64,000 bases of DNA from Sphagnum compactum (taxonomy: Eukaryota). Shown one piece after another: positions 50,920 to 63,880 of this stretch. A program made the position numbers and the translations under genes. The notes under the pieces were generated by a model. The model ran no database searches and had not been told where the DNA came from. It worked only from the letters and a program-made list of their open reading frames with translations. Numbering within the stretch: position 1 is the first letter of the stretch; each line of letters opens with the position of its first letter. Location: contig OZ234493.1 in NCBI GenBank assembly GCA_965153455.1, positions 18,218,213-18,282,212 on the forward strand. Direction: 5' to 3'.

Positions 50920-52724
50920 TTAGTCTATTTAAATTTTCTACCTAGCTATACTTTTTCTTTTTAAAAAAAATTGATTCTTGTGTTCCCCTTCTTCATACTA
51001 AACTGCTTGGCTACCTATCTATTTACTAACTACATGTTGACTACCAACCTAATATTTACTACCTCCCTATGTACCTAATGGTATATTTTATTACCCACCT
51101 TTCATTTAAGCTGGTAAGGTATTGCATTTTGATATGCACCATATTTAAATGGTGATCACTAATTTTGTAATGTACCTCAAATGTAAGTATTGCAATAAAG
51201 CTTTGTGTAGTGCTTGCATCCAAAGTGCACATTACATTATCATTGGATCTTTAAAGGTTTATTTAAGTGGAGGATCCCAAGTTTTTTTGGATACCTACAC
51301 ATGACAATGACAACATTTGGTCTTTTCACATTGATAGGTTTAGTAAGTTTGGACGGTAAAATACATAGGTAGATGGGCCTACTTGAAACAACTTACTAGG
51401 CCTTTCACCCACTTACGTTGCCCTACTCTTGCTGTTGCAGCTCTTCTCAAAATTTCAACTTTTGTCTCTGCTTCTTCTTCTTTTGGTTCGTCTCTCCCTT
51501 GTGTTGGTCTCCTCAACATTCCTTTCTTCTTGTTGTTTCCATTCTTCTTCTTTTTGTGGTTTTTCTTTCTATTTTCTTCTTTCTTTAAATTTAGTATATG
51601 CCATTTGAATGCAAAAATGGAAGTGGATGCATGTATTACAAAATTGATCCAAATAAACAAGGCACATTTTGTCATCCACATGTAGGTATTGCAAGTTCAA
51701 TTGTGGAACTTCATTGTAGAGCTTTATCATATGGCATGAAATTTTGCCATGGAGCCCACCAAATGTGACAATAATAGAAACACACTAAAAAAACAACAAA
51801 AAAATTAATAGTATAGCAACAAAAATGAACACAAGGAATAAAGAGAATGAAGGAGAGGAGGGAGGGGGCAAGGAAATGAAGAAGGGAAAAGGGAAGGAAT
51901 AAGAATAGAGAATAAAAAACAAGAAAAAAACCTAACTTGTTTCATTCACTTGAAGCTCCAAGGTGTTTTCTCCTATTTTGTTCCACAAGTTTCAATGAGA
52001 CTCTTATGCATGTTCTTCCTCCTCAAGCTTGAAGCTCCACAACAATGATAATGGCAAGGAAAAAAATAGAGCAAAAGAGAGAGGTGGTGACGATAGTGGA
52101 AACAAACAAAAAAGGAGGGGAAGTAGGTAGGAGGGGGACCATTTAGGAACTCACTAGGTTGGGGTGGTGTGGAATTGTGGCTGTAATTCATCTCAAAACA
52201 ACCATAACGACTTCATCCCCAATTGGTGTGCTAATGGGTGTTGGTTCACATGGGCCCCACATCATGTTTCAATATGTAGCTAGGAAATTAAATGGTCCAT
52301 AATTTTTTTTATCTTCGTATTTTGTTTGTAACTAACTTGGGTTAAATCATTTTATAAAACATTATAACTTGTGTAGGGCTAAGGTGAATTGACACTTACA
52401 TCAATACCTTCACATTCTTGAGTGAAGCATTTTAATGATCATATTAAATAAAGGGATGTTAAATGTTAAACCAAATTGCCATTTTTTTATCACAATAGGA
52501 AATCAATGGTGACTTTTTTCTAAGTAGTAAAAATCAATACACACCTTAAGTTAGGCATATGCTTGAGGAGAGAATAGAAGGTTGAGGTTGGATAAGAATT
52601 GGTCTTCATAGTTTTGGTCTATGTTCTTGTCATTTCCCCTTTGTATCATCATGTGTGTTTTGTTGAACTTGTGTTCAAGCTAATCCTTCAATTATTTCTA
52701 GGAGTTTGAATTTAAACATTTCTT

Positions 52725-55640
52725 AATGTGATGTCCCATGTTCCACATGCAGGACCTTTTTACACATTTGGGCCTACCTTGTCACTAAAAGCATTATTTT
52801 ACTTTTAAACTTTAGTTTCAAATGGTGAAGAGGTGCCTTTAACTCCCCTTCAAATCCCATGCCCTCCCTTATTGGAATGGGCTTGGATAGTTAGTTTAAA
52901 CCCTTTTGGGGGCATTCCATATGGGGCTCTTTCAATTGCACTTATATTCACATATCCTAGTAGTTTTGAAGCATGAAGTATAGATTGCTTTTGTTTTTCC
53001 CTTAGATACTTAGCTTGAAACCTTTTAAATGTCAATGTTTGGCATTTGTTCCTTATTTTCAATGATGTCCTCTCCTCCTTTCTTGAAGGGAGTTGCTAAG
53101 CATAGAAAAACAAAAACATGTTTGTAACATTTTTTTAGGTGATTATGAGGATCTTTAGGTGGAACATTTACTTTGTGCCCATGCCTTTTCTACGTCATAA
53201 CCTCAAAATGGGCCCCCTTAGGAGGGCACTCCATGCCCCAAACTCTTTGTTTTGGACAAAGTTTAACCTTCAGGCATGTTGGAAAGTATGTTCAAATTGC
53301 TAGAGCCTTTACTCCCATGGGCTCGGCCCCTACATCAATTGAAATAGCCCTCCACACATCATATTCATCATTGACAAACCAAGATTCTTTAATGGAGTTT
53401 CAACCAAATAGAAATTTGGACCTCTCCTTTGATTTTTTCATGTATGCGTTCATTTTTATGTCCCATCTTTTAACAAATGGACCATTTGGCATGGTATTTG
53501 AGAACCTTTGAAATTCATTTGACTTTGAAAACTCAATTAATAACTTTTCAAGTTGTTTTTCATGTGTTTTTTTTTTGTAACAATAGGGTGTATTCCCAAA
53601 AGCATGGTTCAAGTGTTGGGAGTTATTCATTTCCTAGCCTTGGCCAAACCTTTTTAAAGCATTTGGCCCATTGTAATGGGTAAGGTTTTATATCAATTAG
53701 TAAATATAACTTTATGCTTTCAATTTCACAAGACATTTTTAACTCATTTATCCCCTCATTAGTTTAACATTGTAATGAAAGGAATTATGAAATTGTGTTG
53801 CACAGTATTCAAACAATTTTAGAGGTGCATTCCAAGTGGGTAGTGTTGCAAGTAGACATTACAAATTTCCAAATGTATTCCATCGGGTCATTGTTTAAGA
53901 GCTATGAGTGGCAAGTGGCCACATGGACCAATTCTTCCCATTTGTTTGAGCCTTTTATGTCACATAGTTCCCCCTATTCTTTAGCCATCATTCCACTTTA
54001 ATATACCTCACAATTATCCATTCTTCCATTGACACATAACAAAATGGTGTTGTAGGAAGGTTTTTTTAAACCTTAGTTCACTTCCAAACTTTCCATAACT
54101 CAACATAATTTTTTCCTTTCTTATTTGTTTCCTTCCATAGCCAATGACATTCACATCATTAGTCTTCCTTCAATGATTCTTCATGTTTTTGAACAATTTG
54201 CATCCTAATTGGCATTGGTGGGGCTAATAGTGCAACTTTGCAAATGTGTAATTTGATCCCCTTTTGGCCTACCTTCCAGAAACCAATTATTTTTTCCTTT
54301 TTCTAGAAGGTTTTGGATAAAAATGTGCGACATGCAAAAACATTCCCAAGGTTAAGGGACATCTAAATGGCCTATGGGATCCTTTTTCAATGTTTTTCCC
54401 AAATGTTTTATCTGTTGTGGACTTTCTCCTCCTTCAAGGCGTCTAACTTGAGCTTTCATATTTTGATTCAACTTTCTTGTAAATCCATATTCGTTAGAAT
54501 GTCTAAAAGGCACTTTGTTCATCAACAAGCCTCACTCCCCATTTTTAAAGGTGTAGGGTTCATTTTAGTTTAAACCATTGCCCTTATGGTTATTTAAGGA
54601 TGTGAGCTTTAATTTATGGCCCTAATCATTGCCTTTTCATTCTTGTAAGAGTCACCCTCTCTTATTAGGGCTAGATCAACATGTAGTTCGAAAATGCTTT
54701 CATCCCAAACATACTTCAAAATGGCACAAAACTTTTTTTCCTATGTAACTCAAGCTTGCATCCCTTTTAAGCAATTTTTGGATAGAAAAACATATCACTT
54801 TTAGGAAAGCATATTAGAAAAATTGCATGAACATAACTTTTTTAGATCATTTTAGGCATGGCTTTTTAAACTCGTTACGTTTGCTTGAAATTATGCACAT
54901 GCCCAAGTTCAAGGGCATGGATTTTTGCACACCCAATTGTCCCATAATTTGGTATGCCCTTTTAACATATTTTTCATAGCTTTACACACCAGGTTGGGTC
55001 TCCCCCACCTGGTGGCTTTAGGTTTAACCAATTGCATCTATGACCAACACATACTCTCGATGGGGATACACCTTTTGTAGTGTTCCCATGAAGGGGAACA
55101 TATTATTTCCTATGATGTTGCTCAAAATGCCTTTACTTCCATGTTAGAGATGTAGTTTCTTATGAGTAGATTCATGTTTTTTGGACATCTTTGTTCTCAT
55201 TTTAACCTTTGTGATAACACATTGACATTGTGTTATCCATTGATGGGGCTTGCACTTTGGCTGATCCCATCCATGCAATTGAAAATTCTATTCATCCCAT
55301 TGTTTTGAAAATTGCCCCTTCTAAAAAAGTTGGCATAATAGTTGCGACCCAAGTAAAGGATGGGATTTATTATAATCCACACACAAGGGATCTGTTCTTA
55401 TTTCTTGATGTGGAGATATTTGGTCACTTGCACTAACAAGTGGACAATTTACTACACTAATGTGCTAATATGGCATGGTCAACTTAGGGAATTGGAGATG
55501 CTCCTGTGTTGATTTTATGAGCATATTAAGGTGGGCCATCCTCGCCAGCAAGGCCTCTTTTAAGCTTGACCCTCTTTTAGGATTCCCTCCCCTCTCTTTG
55601 TCTCCCCTCTCTTTGTCTGAATTGCTTCATGCTTTTGATG
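52725..55640 (+). mobile_element. Decayed CRE-like non-LTR retrotransposon (RT + Zn-knuckle + restriction-like endonuclease)
   Basis: ~53630-53870 reads LALAKPFKSIWPIVMGKVLYQL...HLSPH*F...VLHSIQTILEVHSKWVVLQVDITN, matching the early-branching RT consensus L.K..GG.RPIA.GE...QFG...D..NAFN. ~54150 has ANDIHI (YxDD region). ~55030-55115 has a C..H...CSH...SYD knuckle remnant, and ~55220-55436 reads DIVLSIDG...K...Y...F..LDVEIFG, like a restriction-like endonuclease (REL). Confidence 0.7.
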
Positions 55641-56187
55641 AGAGGTCTAGGAGTGCTCGTTATTACATGGTTTTGAATGAAAACCTCACCTGAGTTAATA
55701 TTTGGTTTCACCTTGGTAACCAATTCTATAGAAAACAGGTCTCATATATATAGGTAGATAGGTAGGAAAATAGATAACTCTTAGGTGAGTAGATGATTTA
55801 TACATAGGTAATGGCTGTTTTTACTACCTACCTACTAACAACCTGGTTGTGAGTTGTTGGTAGGTAGGTAGTAAAAAAAGCAACTGAACTAACCACCATG
55901 GTTTAATTAGGGAGCTGGGACCCAACAGAAAGCTATCTCCTGACCACTTACCATCCATCCTTCATTTGTTTTTGTAGTTCACATGCCTTTATTCCCTACT
56001 TGTGTCACCTTTCTTAAATTTCCCTGGATTCTGGTTTTTGGGTTCCCAAAGACTTGTACCTTAGAGTACCTTGCAGGCTGTTCCTCCTTTTACCAGATTG
56101 TGCAGGAAGATAGGAAGGGGAGGTAAGGAAGGCAATAATAGGCAACTACTTTTTACTATGCAAAAATCTTTCTATGAAGGAAGCTAG

Positions 56188-56470
56188 TTTCTTGGCCTTG
56201 GATATTGTGTTTAGATTCATTATAGAGTATAGTAGCTTAAGGGATTTTGGCCCCTAGATAATAGGTCTATTTTTATATGAGGATTTTTGAAAGATGATAT
56301 TTTGGCTTGTGTTGAAACTTGAAATTAGTCATAGAGTTATGATATCTTGAAGGATTTTGGTTTCTTTTAGAGGATTTTTTGAAGATTATGTTTTTGCATG
56401 CTGAAATATTTGAGTTTCCATAATTCTTCTTTTAATGCAAATGGCAAGGCAACAGTGTGACACATCCTTT
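56188..56470 (+). mobile_element. Helentron/HINE-like element, second copy (5' inner hairpin deleted)
   Basis: TTGGCCTTG-GATATTGTGTTTAGATTCATTATAGAGTATAGTAGC...ATGGCAAGGCAACAGTGTGACACATCC is colinear with 31967-32290. Confidence 0.75.
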
Positions 56471-56479
56471 GAGATCCAC

Positions 56480-56897
56480 TGAAAGGGGATGCTTCAGATT
56501 GTGTTCTTGATGTCTTTGGAAAGCTCTCGTTGATGAGTGGAGGGGTGCATGGGCTTGGTTCCATGACGTTTGGACTTGCGGTGCAAAAGTTCTTGAATAT
56601 TGAATGATTTCTTCACTGAAAATTAAATTAAATTAAATTAAATTAAATTAAATTAATTCATAGCTGAAATTTTTGGAGGAATTGGAATGTGCCTTTGGTG
56701 CTGTTGGAAAGATTTTGATGAGCAGGATTTAATGAAATTTATTTGGTAAGATTTGGATTCAGAATGTGGGAGATATTGATTTTTAAGTGACATCTGCCGC
56801 TGAAAATTCAAATAAATTCCCAAAAAACCAGGTTTTGGAAGGAAAAATCAGTTGAGGACGTTGTAACACTTGGGCCAAGGGCATAGGCCACACTACT
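56480..56897 (+). repeat. Interspersed repeat with a possible Helitron-like 3' end
   Basis: It has two internal TTGGAAAG...GATGAG sub-repeats and an (AAATT)n tract, and ends GGCCAAGGGCATAGGCC-ACACTACT. Related degenerate motifs are at ~26570 and ~27225. Confidence 0.4.
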
Positions 56898-56920
56898 ACT
56901 TACTACCTTAAATTTGCATG

Positions 56921-57006
56921 AGGGTAGACCTAACACTACCTTAAGGTGAAAAGAAGATTTTAGGTTAAATCTACTTTTCATCTTAAGGTAGTGTTAGGCC
57001 TAGCCT
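56921..57006. repeat. Near-perfect 40-bp-arm inverted repeat
   Basis: AGGGTAGACCTAACACTACCTTAAGGTGAAAAGAAGATTT, loop TAGGTT, AAATCTACTTTTCATCTTAAGGTAGTGTTAGGCCTAGCCT. Confidence 0.85.
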
Positions 57007-57555
57007 TAGCACTTGGGCTGAGAGCTTTAGATTTTCATTTTGAACCATTGTGAAACTTTGGACTTCCTTTTGCAATGGATTCTGTCCATTTGTGTCCCCA
57101 CCCAATTCCTGAAACTTAATCCTTTCCTGCCCAGCTTTCTGCTCCCACAAAAGACTGCCCACACAAATTTACTGTAGTACCTTGGGCCATTTCAACACAC
57201 GTCTGTCGAATAATTAATTAATTAAATTAATTTTGAAAAAATCATTTCAACAAATGGAATATTCTTAAATATTCACTATTATCCTTCACATTATTTTTTG
57301 ATTTTGGAAGAAATAATTTTTGAAAATATTAACATTTCTCAAAATAATATAATTAGTGTGGAATTGGGCAAGGTACTAAGGTATGTTTCCACAAGCAAAA
57401 CTAATTCAGAAAAAAGACTCAACATTTTTGGATTTTCTGGGGTTTTTTTTTTTCCTTAATGGCTATTTCGAGCTTGAGAGGAGCCCAATAAGTAGATCAT
57501 GCACAAATACCATTTTTTGTCGAACAATAGGTAAGTTCACATGAAGGGTTTGGAC

Positions 57556-57881
57556 CAGTGTTGTGCGGGTATTAGAATGAGCTACAGATACCAGCCAGCT
57601 ATCAACCTGCATACATCCCCACTTACCCTGGCAGGAGTAAAAAAATTAAAAAACCGGTTTGAGTACAGAACCTCGGTTCTCAAAAAAATTGAAAATTTCA
57701 AGAACCCACCTTTCTAACTGCTGGTTCTTTCATGAAAACTGTTGGTTCTTTGATGTTGCTGAAATACCCGTAACTGGTGGTTCTCTATCTGGTTAGAACT
57801 GGTGGTTCTTTGATTCTGAAAATTTGTGAAATACCAAAACCGTCGGTTAATCTAAAAAATCAAAATAACCACACAACACTG
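57556..57881. mobile_element. hAT-family MITE
   Basis: TIR CAGTGTTGTG / CACAACACTG, with 8-bp TSD GTTTGGAC / GTTTGGAG (one mismatch). Confidence 0.8.
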
Positions 57882-58999
57882 GTTTGGAGCCATAGTCAAT
57901 GGAAGAAGAAGCTTGAGGTTTGATCACCATGCAAATAAGCTCTTGACATCTTTGTAATGGGTTGGCATGATTATCGTGGTTTGATGGCTGGTTAGTGGGG
58001 CATGCTTCCGAAAGAAAACCCAAAAAAAGGTTGCCTTTTGAAATCTGCATCATGCACTTGGCTTTCCTATGCAAATGAATCTGCTATGAATCTGGTGTAG
58101 TACTTAACCCATTGCTTGCACCAACACATTATGTGTGTCAGTTGTGACATTTTCGTGCTTTTGGTGTGGGGAGGATTTCTACAACACTCAATAAAGTTCT
58201 TTGCACATTTAGAGGCACCATGTACTGGCTAATAGATTACAGGCTTATCATATACATGGAAGAGTTAGATCAGTGTCTGACATTGGATAGCATAATTTGT
58301 TGCTAAGTCTTTTTTCTAATTTCCTTGGTGTACATGAGTGAAGCTGGTGTTTGTTTGGGGGTTGTTTGGGCCTCAGTAATCTGAGCCACTCTGTTCCAAT
58401 TGGGTCAAAGAGATAGATACACACAGTCAGTCTCCTACAACTTTGGGTTAATTTGCACCAGTCTCTCTCTTCCATAGGGAGGTAGCCTAACCAAATTTTA
58501 GCTCTCATTGTCCAATTTCAGCTAAAAAGCAAATGAGTTGTTCCATTAACTACTTCCAAGTTTAGGTTGGAATCTGTCAACCTTGTTCATTGCTTGATTA
58601 CTAACAGAATATGGATAAGGGGCTATAAAACTGGGATTAGTTGGTTATGTGCAAACAGATAAGGAATTATATTGATAAGAGTGGAGCTTGTGTGGGCATT
58701 TTCAAAATAAGGGACCTAAGACCAGGCTGTATCCTGTAGCCAAATCCTTCATTCTGGGAATGTCCTCCACTTGCAGGCTTTTTACCCAAGGCGAAGTCTA
58801 TCCTAAACCTTGACATTTATGAAAGAAGCTAAACACCAGTGTTGGGTGGGTGAGAACTGCCAGTTCCAAGGACCCAAACTGGAACCTAGGAAGAACCAGA
58901 CCCCCCAAGATGCCAAGGGGAACCGGGCTAGGAACCTATCACTGGGGAACTGGACCCAGTAGGTTAGTTTCAGCTTTCAAAAATTTCAAACCTTGTAAC

Positions 59000-60300
59000 A
59001 AAACACATTGGTATGCATGTGGATGAGGGGGTGAAGGATTCTGGGCTTATGGCGAAAGTGATTCCATGTTCAAAGTTCAAACACTCCCAATCAAGGCGAT
59101 ACATGTGATTTGGGAGCAATAATGGCAATAAGTGCCTCCGGTCTCTTAGGTACCCTGAACAATGTTACCACCATTATGTTGCGAAAACATACTGCGACAT
59201 CTACGAAGGCAATGATCGTAACATTGTTTGACCAAATTATGAACTTTGATGCATAATTCAAAGCTGAAGGTCTTGGTATCTTGATGCAATCTTATGCAAA
59301 TGCCATACAATGGATGTGCAGGATATAACAATTTTGTCTACTCCTGAGCAAGAACAAGGTGCAACCTCTCAAAGGGTAAGACATTTCACCAAGTTGTACA
59401 AACAATTATGATTATAGGTGTCAATTGTGGCATAATTTATGCTCTTTGATAATTACATAGCAATTATGATTGCAAAGCTTTACAATTCCCAACCCTGCAA
59501 CAATCCAAGCGCATGGTGCAACATCCACATGCAATATTGGGCTAAATGCAACTCATGTATTTATGTTATCCAACCTCCTTGCCCACTTGTTGTACTTGAC
59601 AAGATTGTTGTACTGCCTAGCAAGAGTGTGTCTACCCTAAAATGTGTAGGTGTTTGGCAATTTTCAACACAATTTAGGACCTTACCTTGGGGTGTTGTTG
59701 GTGCTCTTGATTCAATTTGTGTGTAGATCTTACACAAAGGCATTCAAGTTTGTGCCTTCGTCCTTGACATAAGTTATAATCTTGTTGGTGAATTAATGCT
59801 GACAAACCAACAAAGATTTAACTTACTCAGCCAATGCTACTCCATAAATGTCAAAAGTCCCAAACATGGCAAGAATGTATCTTCATTGTAGGAATGTATC
59901 TTCATATACATTCTCTCTAGTTAACATGGCAAGGCATGCAATCTTCATTGATAAAATTTATCACAAACAAAAATGTATCGAACCTTGTTATGAACATCCA
60001 AAGGTTAAAAAAGGTGGTGGTTGTAGCACATTGTGCAATGGTTGGGAGCACATACCACTTCATCACCTTAGGTGACAAGTTGGGGATGGATTCTTGGACA
60101 AGCAACTTGTGAGATGGAAACCTCATTTTATCACATTACTACATCACAAAACATTGTAACAAAGGATTTTCAACAAATGGACATTGGGAAGCACCTTCTT
60201 GCTATGAACATAACTAACTCTTTTATGGATTGTTGTTAACCCAAGTCATTAAGCTTGTAACTGTTAGGGCTAGAAAAAAATACATTGATTGAAATAAGAA
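59000..60300 (-). mobile_element. Decayed hAT transposase remnant
   Basis: 59917-60126 reads FPSHKLLVQESIPNL...TTTFFNLWMFITRFDTFLFVINFINEDCMPCHV, matching the hAT D-x-W catalytic-start region. There are many stops, and the boundaries are approximate. Confidence 0.55.
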
Positions 60301-61353
60301 GAATTGTGTTTCTCTTTTTCTCTTTTTGCAAAACATATTTAAATTCTTTAACCAACTTTAATTTCTCTTAGTAATGAATTTGGGTAGAAAAATGTTCATT
60401 TTGAATCTGTTTTTTCATGCTAATGATATTGTGCAAAGGATTGTAAGAAACAATACATTTTCTTGATCATATCTAGTTGTTGTTGCAGGAAGCTTGACAT
60501 GGGTGGCACAAGATGCACTTCATATTTTGAATACCTTAAATATTAACCTAAACTAAGATCATTGAACATAAAGAATGTTCACACGTGTGCTATGACAATG
60601 ATGAACCCATAACTTTTGGTTTTTTACACAACTCTTGAAATTGTTCACTCCAACATGCTTCACATTTGATAGCTGCAACCTTTTCATTCATGATCTTTGT
60701 GACTTGTGCTTCATTTGTGGTGTTTGCCCATTGTTGGGTTGAGTTGTTCATCACAGTGATAGTAAGTTTTTCAGCTTCTCCCTCCTCAACAAGTTTTTAA
60801 AAATCATAACTTGAGATAATGTATTGAAATTTGTATCATAGCTTGAAACCCAAATTTTTTGTGAACTTTAAACCTTTGAACTCTTCTAATAGAAGTTTCA
60901 TTCCCCACACTTTATTGCAACGACCACTACAACAATAAAAAATACCCACAACAATGAGACCAACCACCAAATGACAATTGGAAAGGTTATTGCATAACTT
61001 AACATGTTCTTTGCAAATGCCAATTTGATAATATGTGACATGGATGGAGAAACAAAGAACATAACAAACGAAAAAAACCCTAAACCCTAACAACCAAATA
61101 ATCTTGAAGGTTCATAGTTCAAAGACTTACATACTAAATGATTTTTTTGTTGTAGCAAATGTAATGCATCATCATAGAAAGTGAAACAAGGTGATGCCTC
61201 ACAAAAGAACAGATATTGAAAAAGAAATATAGTCGTCAGCTTGCAACAAAAAAATGTACCCTATGAGAAAGCCACCATATCTTCCACAAGTATGCATATG
61301 AGAGTTTGATTATTGATTGATTCTAGGGGAAAAAGAGCATGAATGCTTGTTAT

Positions 61354-61554
61354 CAAGTATTAGGTTGGTATTGAAAATCTTGATACCAAACAGATATGGT
61401 ATTCAAGAAAAAAAAATTGGAATTTGATATGGGGGGAATAATTGTATAGGGGGAACATCTGAACTTTTTCATATTAGACTGGTATGGTATTTGATATCAT
61501 TGTTCATATCATTATTGCTATTAGGGGCTGACCAATATACCAACCCAACACTTG
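61354..61554. mobile_element. MITE with 18-bp imperfect TIRs
   Basis: CAAGTATTAGGTTGGTAT ... ATACCAACCCAACACTTG (2 mismatches). Confidence 0.6.
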
Positions 61555-62023
61555 TCCAAACCTCAAACTCATGACTCAGGCAGCATCTAAATGAAAGAAA
61601 CTGTATTCTTACTTGGAGGTGGATACATATCTTGGTTTATGGAGAAAGACAGATTTCAATAGCAGCTTGGATCTGGATCTGGATCTTTGCTATTGAGGAA
61701 GAACTCAATAGCAGGTATCATTTTCTTAATCAGTCAACTACAGCTTCAAAACAGAAACATGGACTACAAGGAAAACCTGCTTGTCTAATCATCTTATGGT
61801 TGGTTAGAAGGGCCAACCATAAGAGCAATAGTTGAAGGCGTTGTGTGGCACAGTGCCAAGACATTCAAAAGATCTGGACTCCATACTTAGACCATGGCAA
61901 TAATGCTCTAGACTCTGGACATCATCTCTCTTGAGAAGATCTTCCCACTCCCTTGCTTGAAACGGTAATCGTGGTAACATTCTGGAGTAGATGCCAGAAG
62001 CCAAATGCTTGGTCAAAATTCAA

Positions 62024-63501
62024 TCACCCATTGTACCAGTCCAAGAAGAACGGAGTAATGATAAGAATAGAGAAGATTAGTATGATAGGTATATGGCAGG
62101 CTACTGCTGTTGCACTTCTGAGTTTTGTTTAGCTCTTTGTTTCCGTTCTGTTTGTTGTTTGCAGCCTCAACTGCCTGCAGACCAAATATGAACCCACAAT
62201 GAGTAAGATCACTAACAGATCAATTTACAACCAAAGATAGCATCATGACTCTGATGACATGGGGGGGGGGCAGGGCGAGAGACAGAGAGAGAGATTGCCT
62301 ATAGGAAAAGCAGCTCTATTTGCTGGGCTTGATGAAGAACATGGGTGGAAAACAAATGACATTTCCAGGATACTTTGCTCTGTCTCTTGTACCACATCCA
62401 TCATATTTGTAGTCTCTATCTGTTGCATCCACAAACTGTTAGGTGAATGGACCCGCAGACTGTCTTGTGCTATTGAGCTATGATCATTGTTTAAAGTGGA
62501 GCTAAGAATCATAAGCAAGCCTGCCTTTGAAGACCACTCTACTCAATCCAATCTTTTCTGACAGATTCAAGAAAACTGCAAAAAAATGTACACAAAAACT
62601 GTGTACCTATAGGGCATGTGTTTCATCGTGGATCAATTCTTGTCTAGCCTCAAGCACCTCTAGTCGGGAGTCCTGATGAGTTAGCCAGTCTCTTGAGTAT
62701 GTACTATCATCTGCTTGTAATTGTTGTGACAGGTTCAGGAGGAGGAAGAAGTTTTGGACCCAGATGGCACTTGGGTATTCACTTATCAATGGCATCTTGG
62801 AAGTGGACTGCCCTCAAGTTATCAAAATGTGCTGTGATTGAATGAAGCCGTTTGCTTAATATGAGTACCTGGATATCAGGATGTGCCTATCAGTAGATTT
62901 CCATGATGAACAACATGTAATTCAACAATCAAACATTGCCTACACTACTGTCAAGCACAGATGGAGGAGAGCACTTGCATGAGTGTTGATGAGAAATTCA
63001 CAAACCATACCATGCTGATGGGGCAATACAGTCTGTGTTTTGAGAACCTCTTCCCATGATGCTAGCCAACTGGCAGGCACCATGGGCCTGCTTCTCCTCT
63101 ATTCCAATGCTATTCTTTAGCACCTCAATGCACTCTCGGTATGCTTTGACAAACAAACCAACCTGTAACAAAAGAAAACATGAGCTATTCTCTTCAATAT
63201 ATAGCCAGCCATCTGTCTGCAAATTTGAAGTTACAGAAAAGAATAATGCAATCATGCTTGGCAGCAAGCCAAGGTTATAGGTTTAGGGCTTAGGGTTTAT
63301 TCAGGTCACTGAAGCAGGTATCATCACAACCTCTAACCAGTAAGCTGGCAGTAATAGACAGGGTCCACAGATGGGGCACACTCTCTAGTACCTCATTTTC
63401 AATCTTGTCGCGATCTTGCTCATTGCTTCGATTATTATTCAAGTAGTCTTTCCCATGCTTCATCAATCACAAACACATGCACTGCTCTTACATTCCCCAA
63501 C
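62024..63501 (-). pseudogene. SYP81: Syntaxin-81 (SYP81 / STX18 / Ufe1 family Qa-SNARE) intron-retaining pseudogene
   Basis: Exon remnants occur in order: MKHGKDYLNNNRSNEQDRDKIENE | VGLFVKAYRECIEVLKNSI | VLILSKRLHSITAHFDNLRAVHFQDAIDK* ... QELIHDETHAL* | IETTNMMDVVQETEQSILEMS | AVEAANNKQNGNKEL...(frameshift)...FFLDWYNG*. In-frame stops and frameshifts are present. Confidence 0.85.
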
Positions 63502-63880
63502 TGCAAAAATTCGAAAATTCCACCAGTCCATCAAATCATTTCTTTTTGTGTAGCAAGGATCTTCTTCACAGGTAGCCTTATCTTTGGCTTTACATCAAGT
63601 CTTCAGTCTTGCTAGAAGATGCGGAATGTTGACCTGACACAAAGCTTCAGAGCACCATATCCAAGAAGCTTGACATCATGAAGCTCAAGCTGTTCAATCC
63701 AAATCTAACTCAATTGTTTCAGCTTTCATGCCTGATTGAAAGCTAGAAAATGCAGTAGGAAACAGGGGACGAGAAAGAAAAGATGATGATGATGATGATG
63801 ATGCAACTTATGATTTCAATGGCGGTGGGGGCGAAGGTTGATTGAGAATTCACCTACCATCTATGAAGGAAGTTAGTTTG

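Noticed and set aside
58837-61553. Possible TIR pair (CAGTGTTGGGT / ACCCAACACT) delimiting a whole hAT element around the transposase remnant
   Set aside because: There is no matching 8-bp TSD, and the right-hand repeat pairs better with 61354 as a separate MITE.
61804-62016. 70-aa minus-strand ORF after SYP81
   Set aside because: It lies beyond the SYP81 stop (FLDWYNG*), lacks an ATG start and has no recognisable motif. Probably a former 3' UTR.
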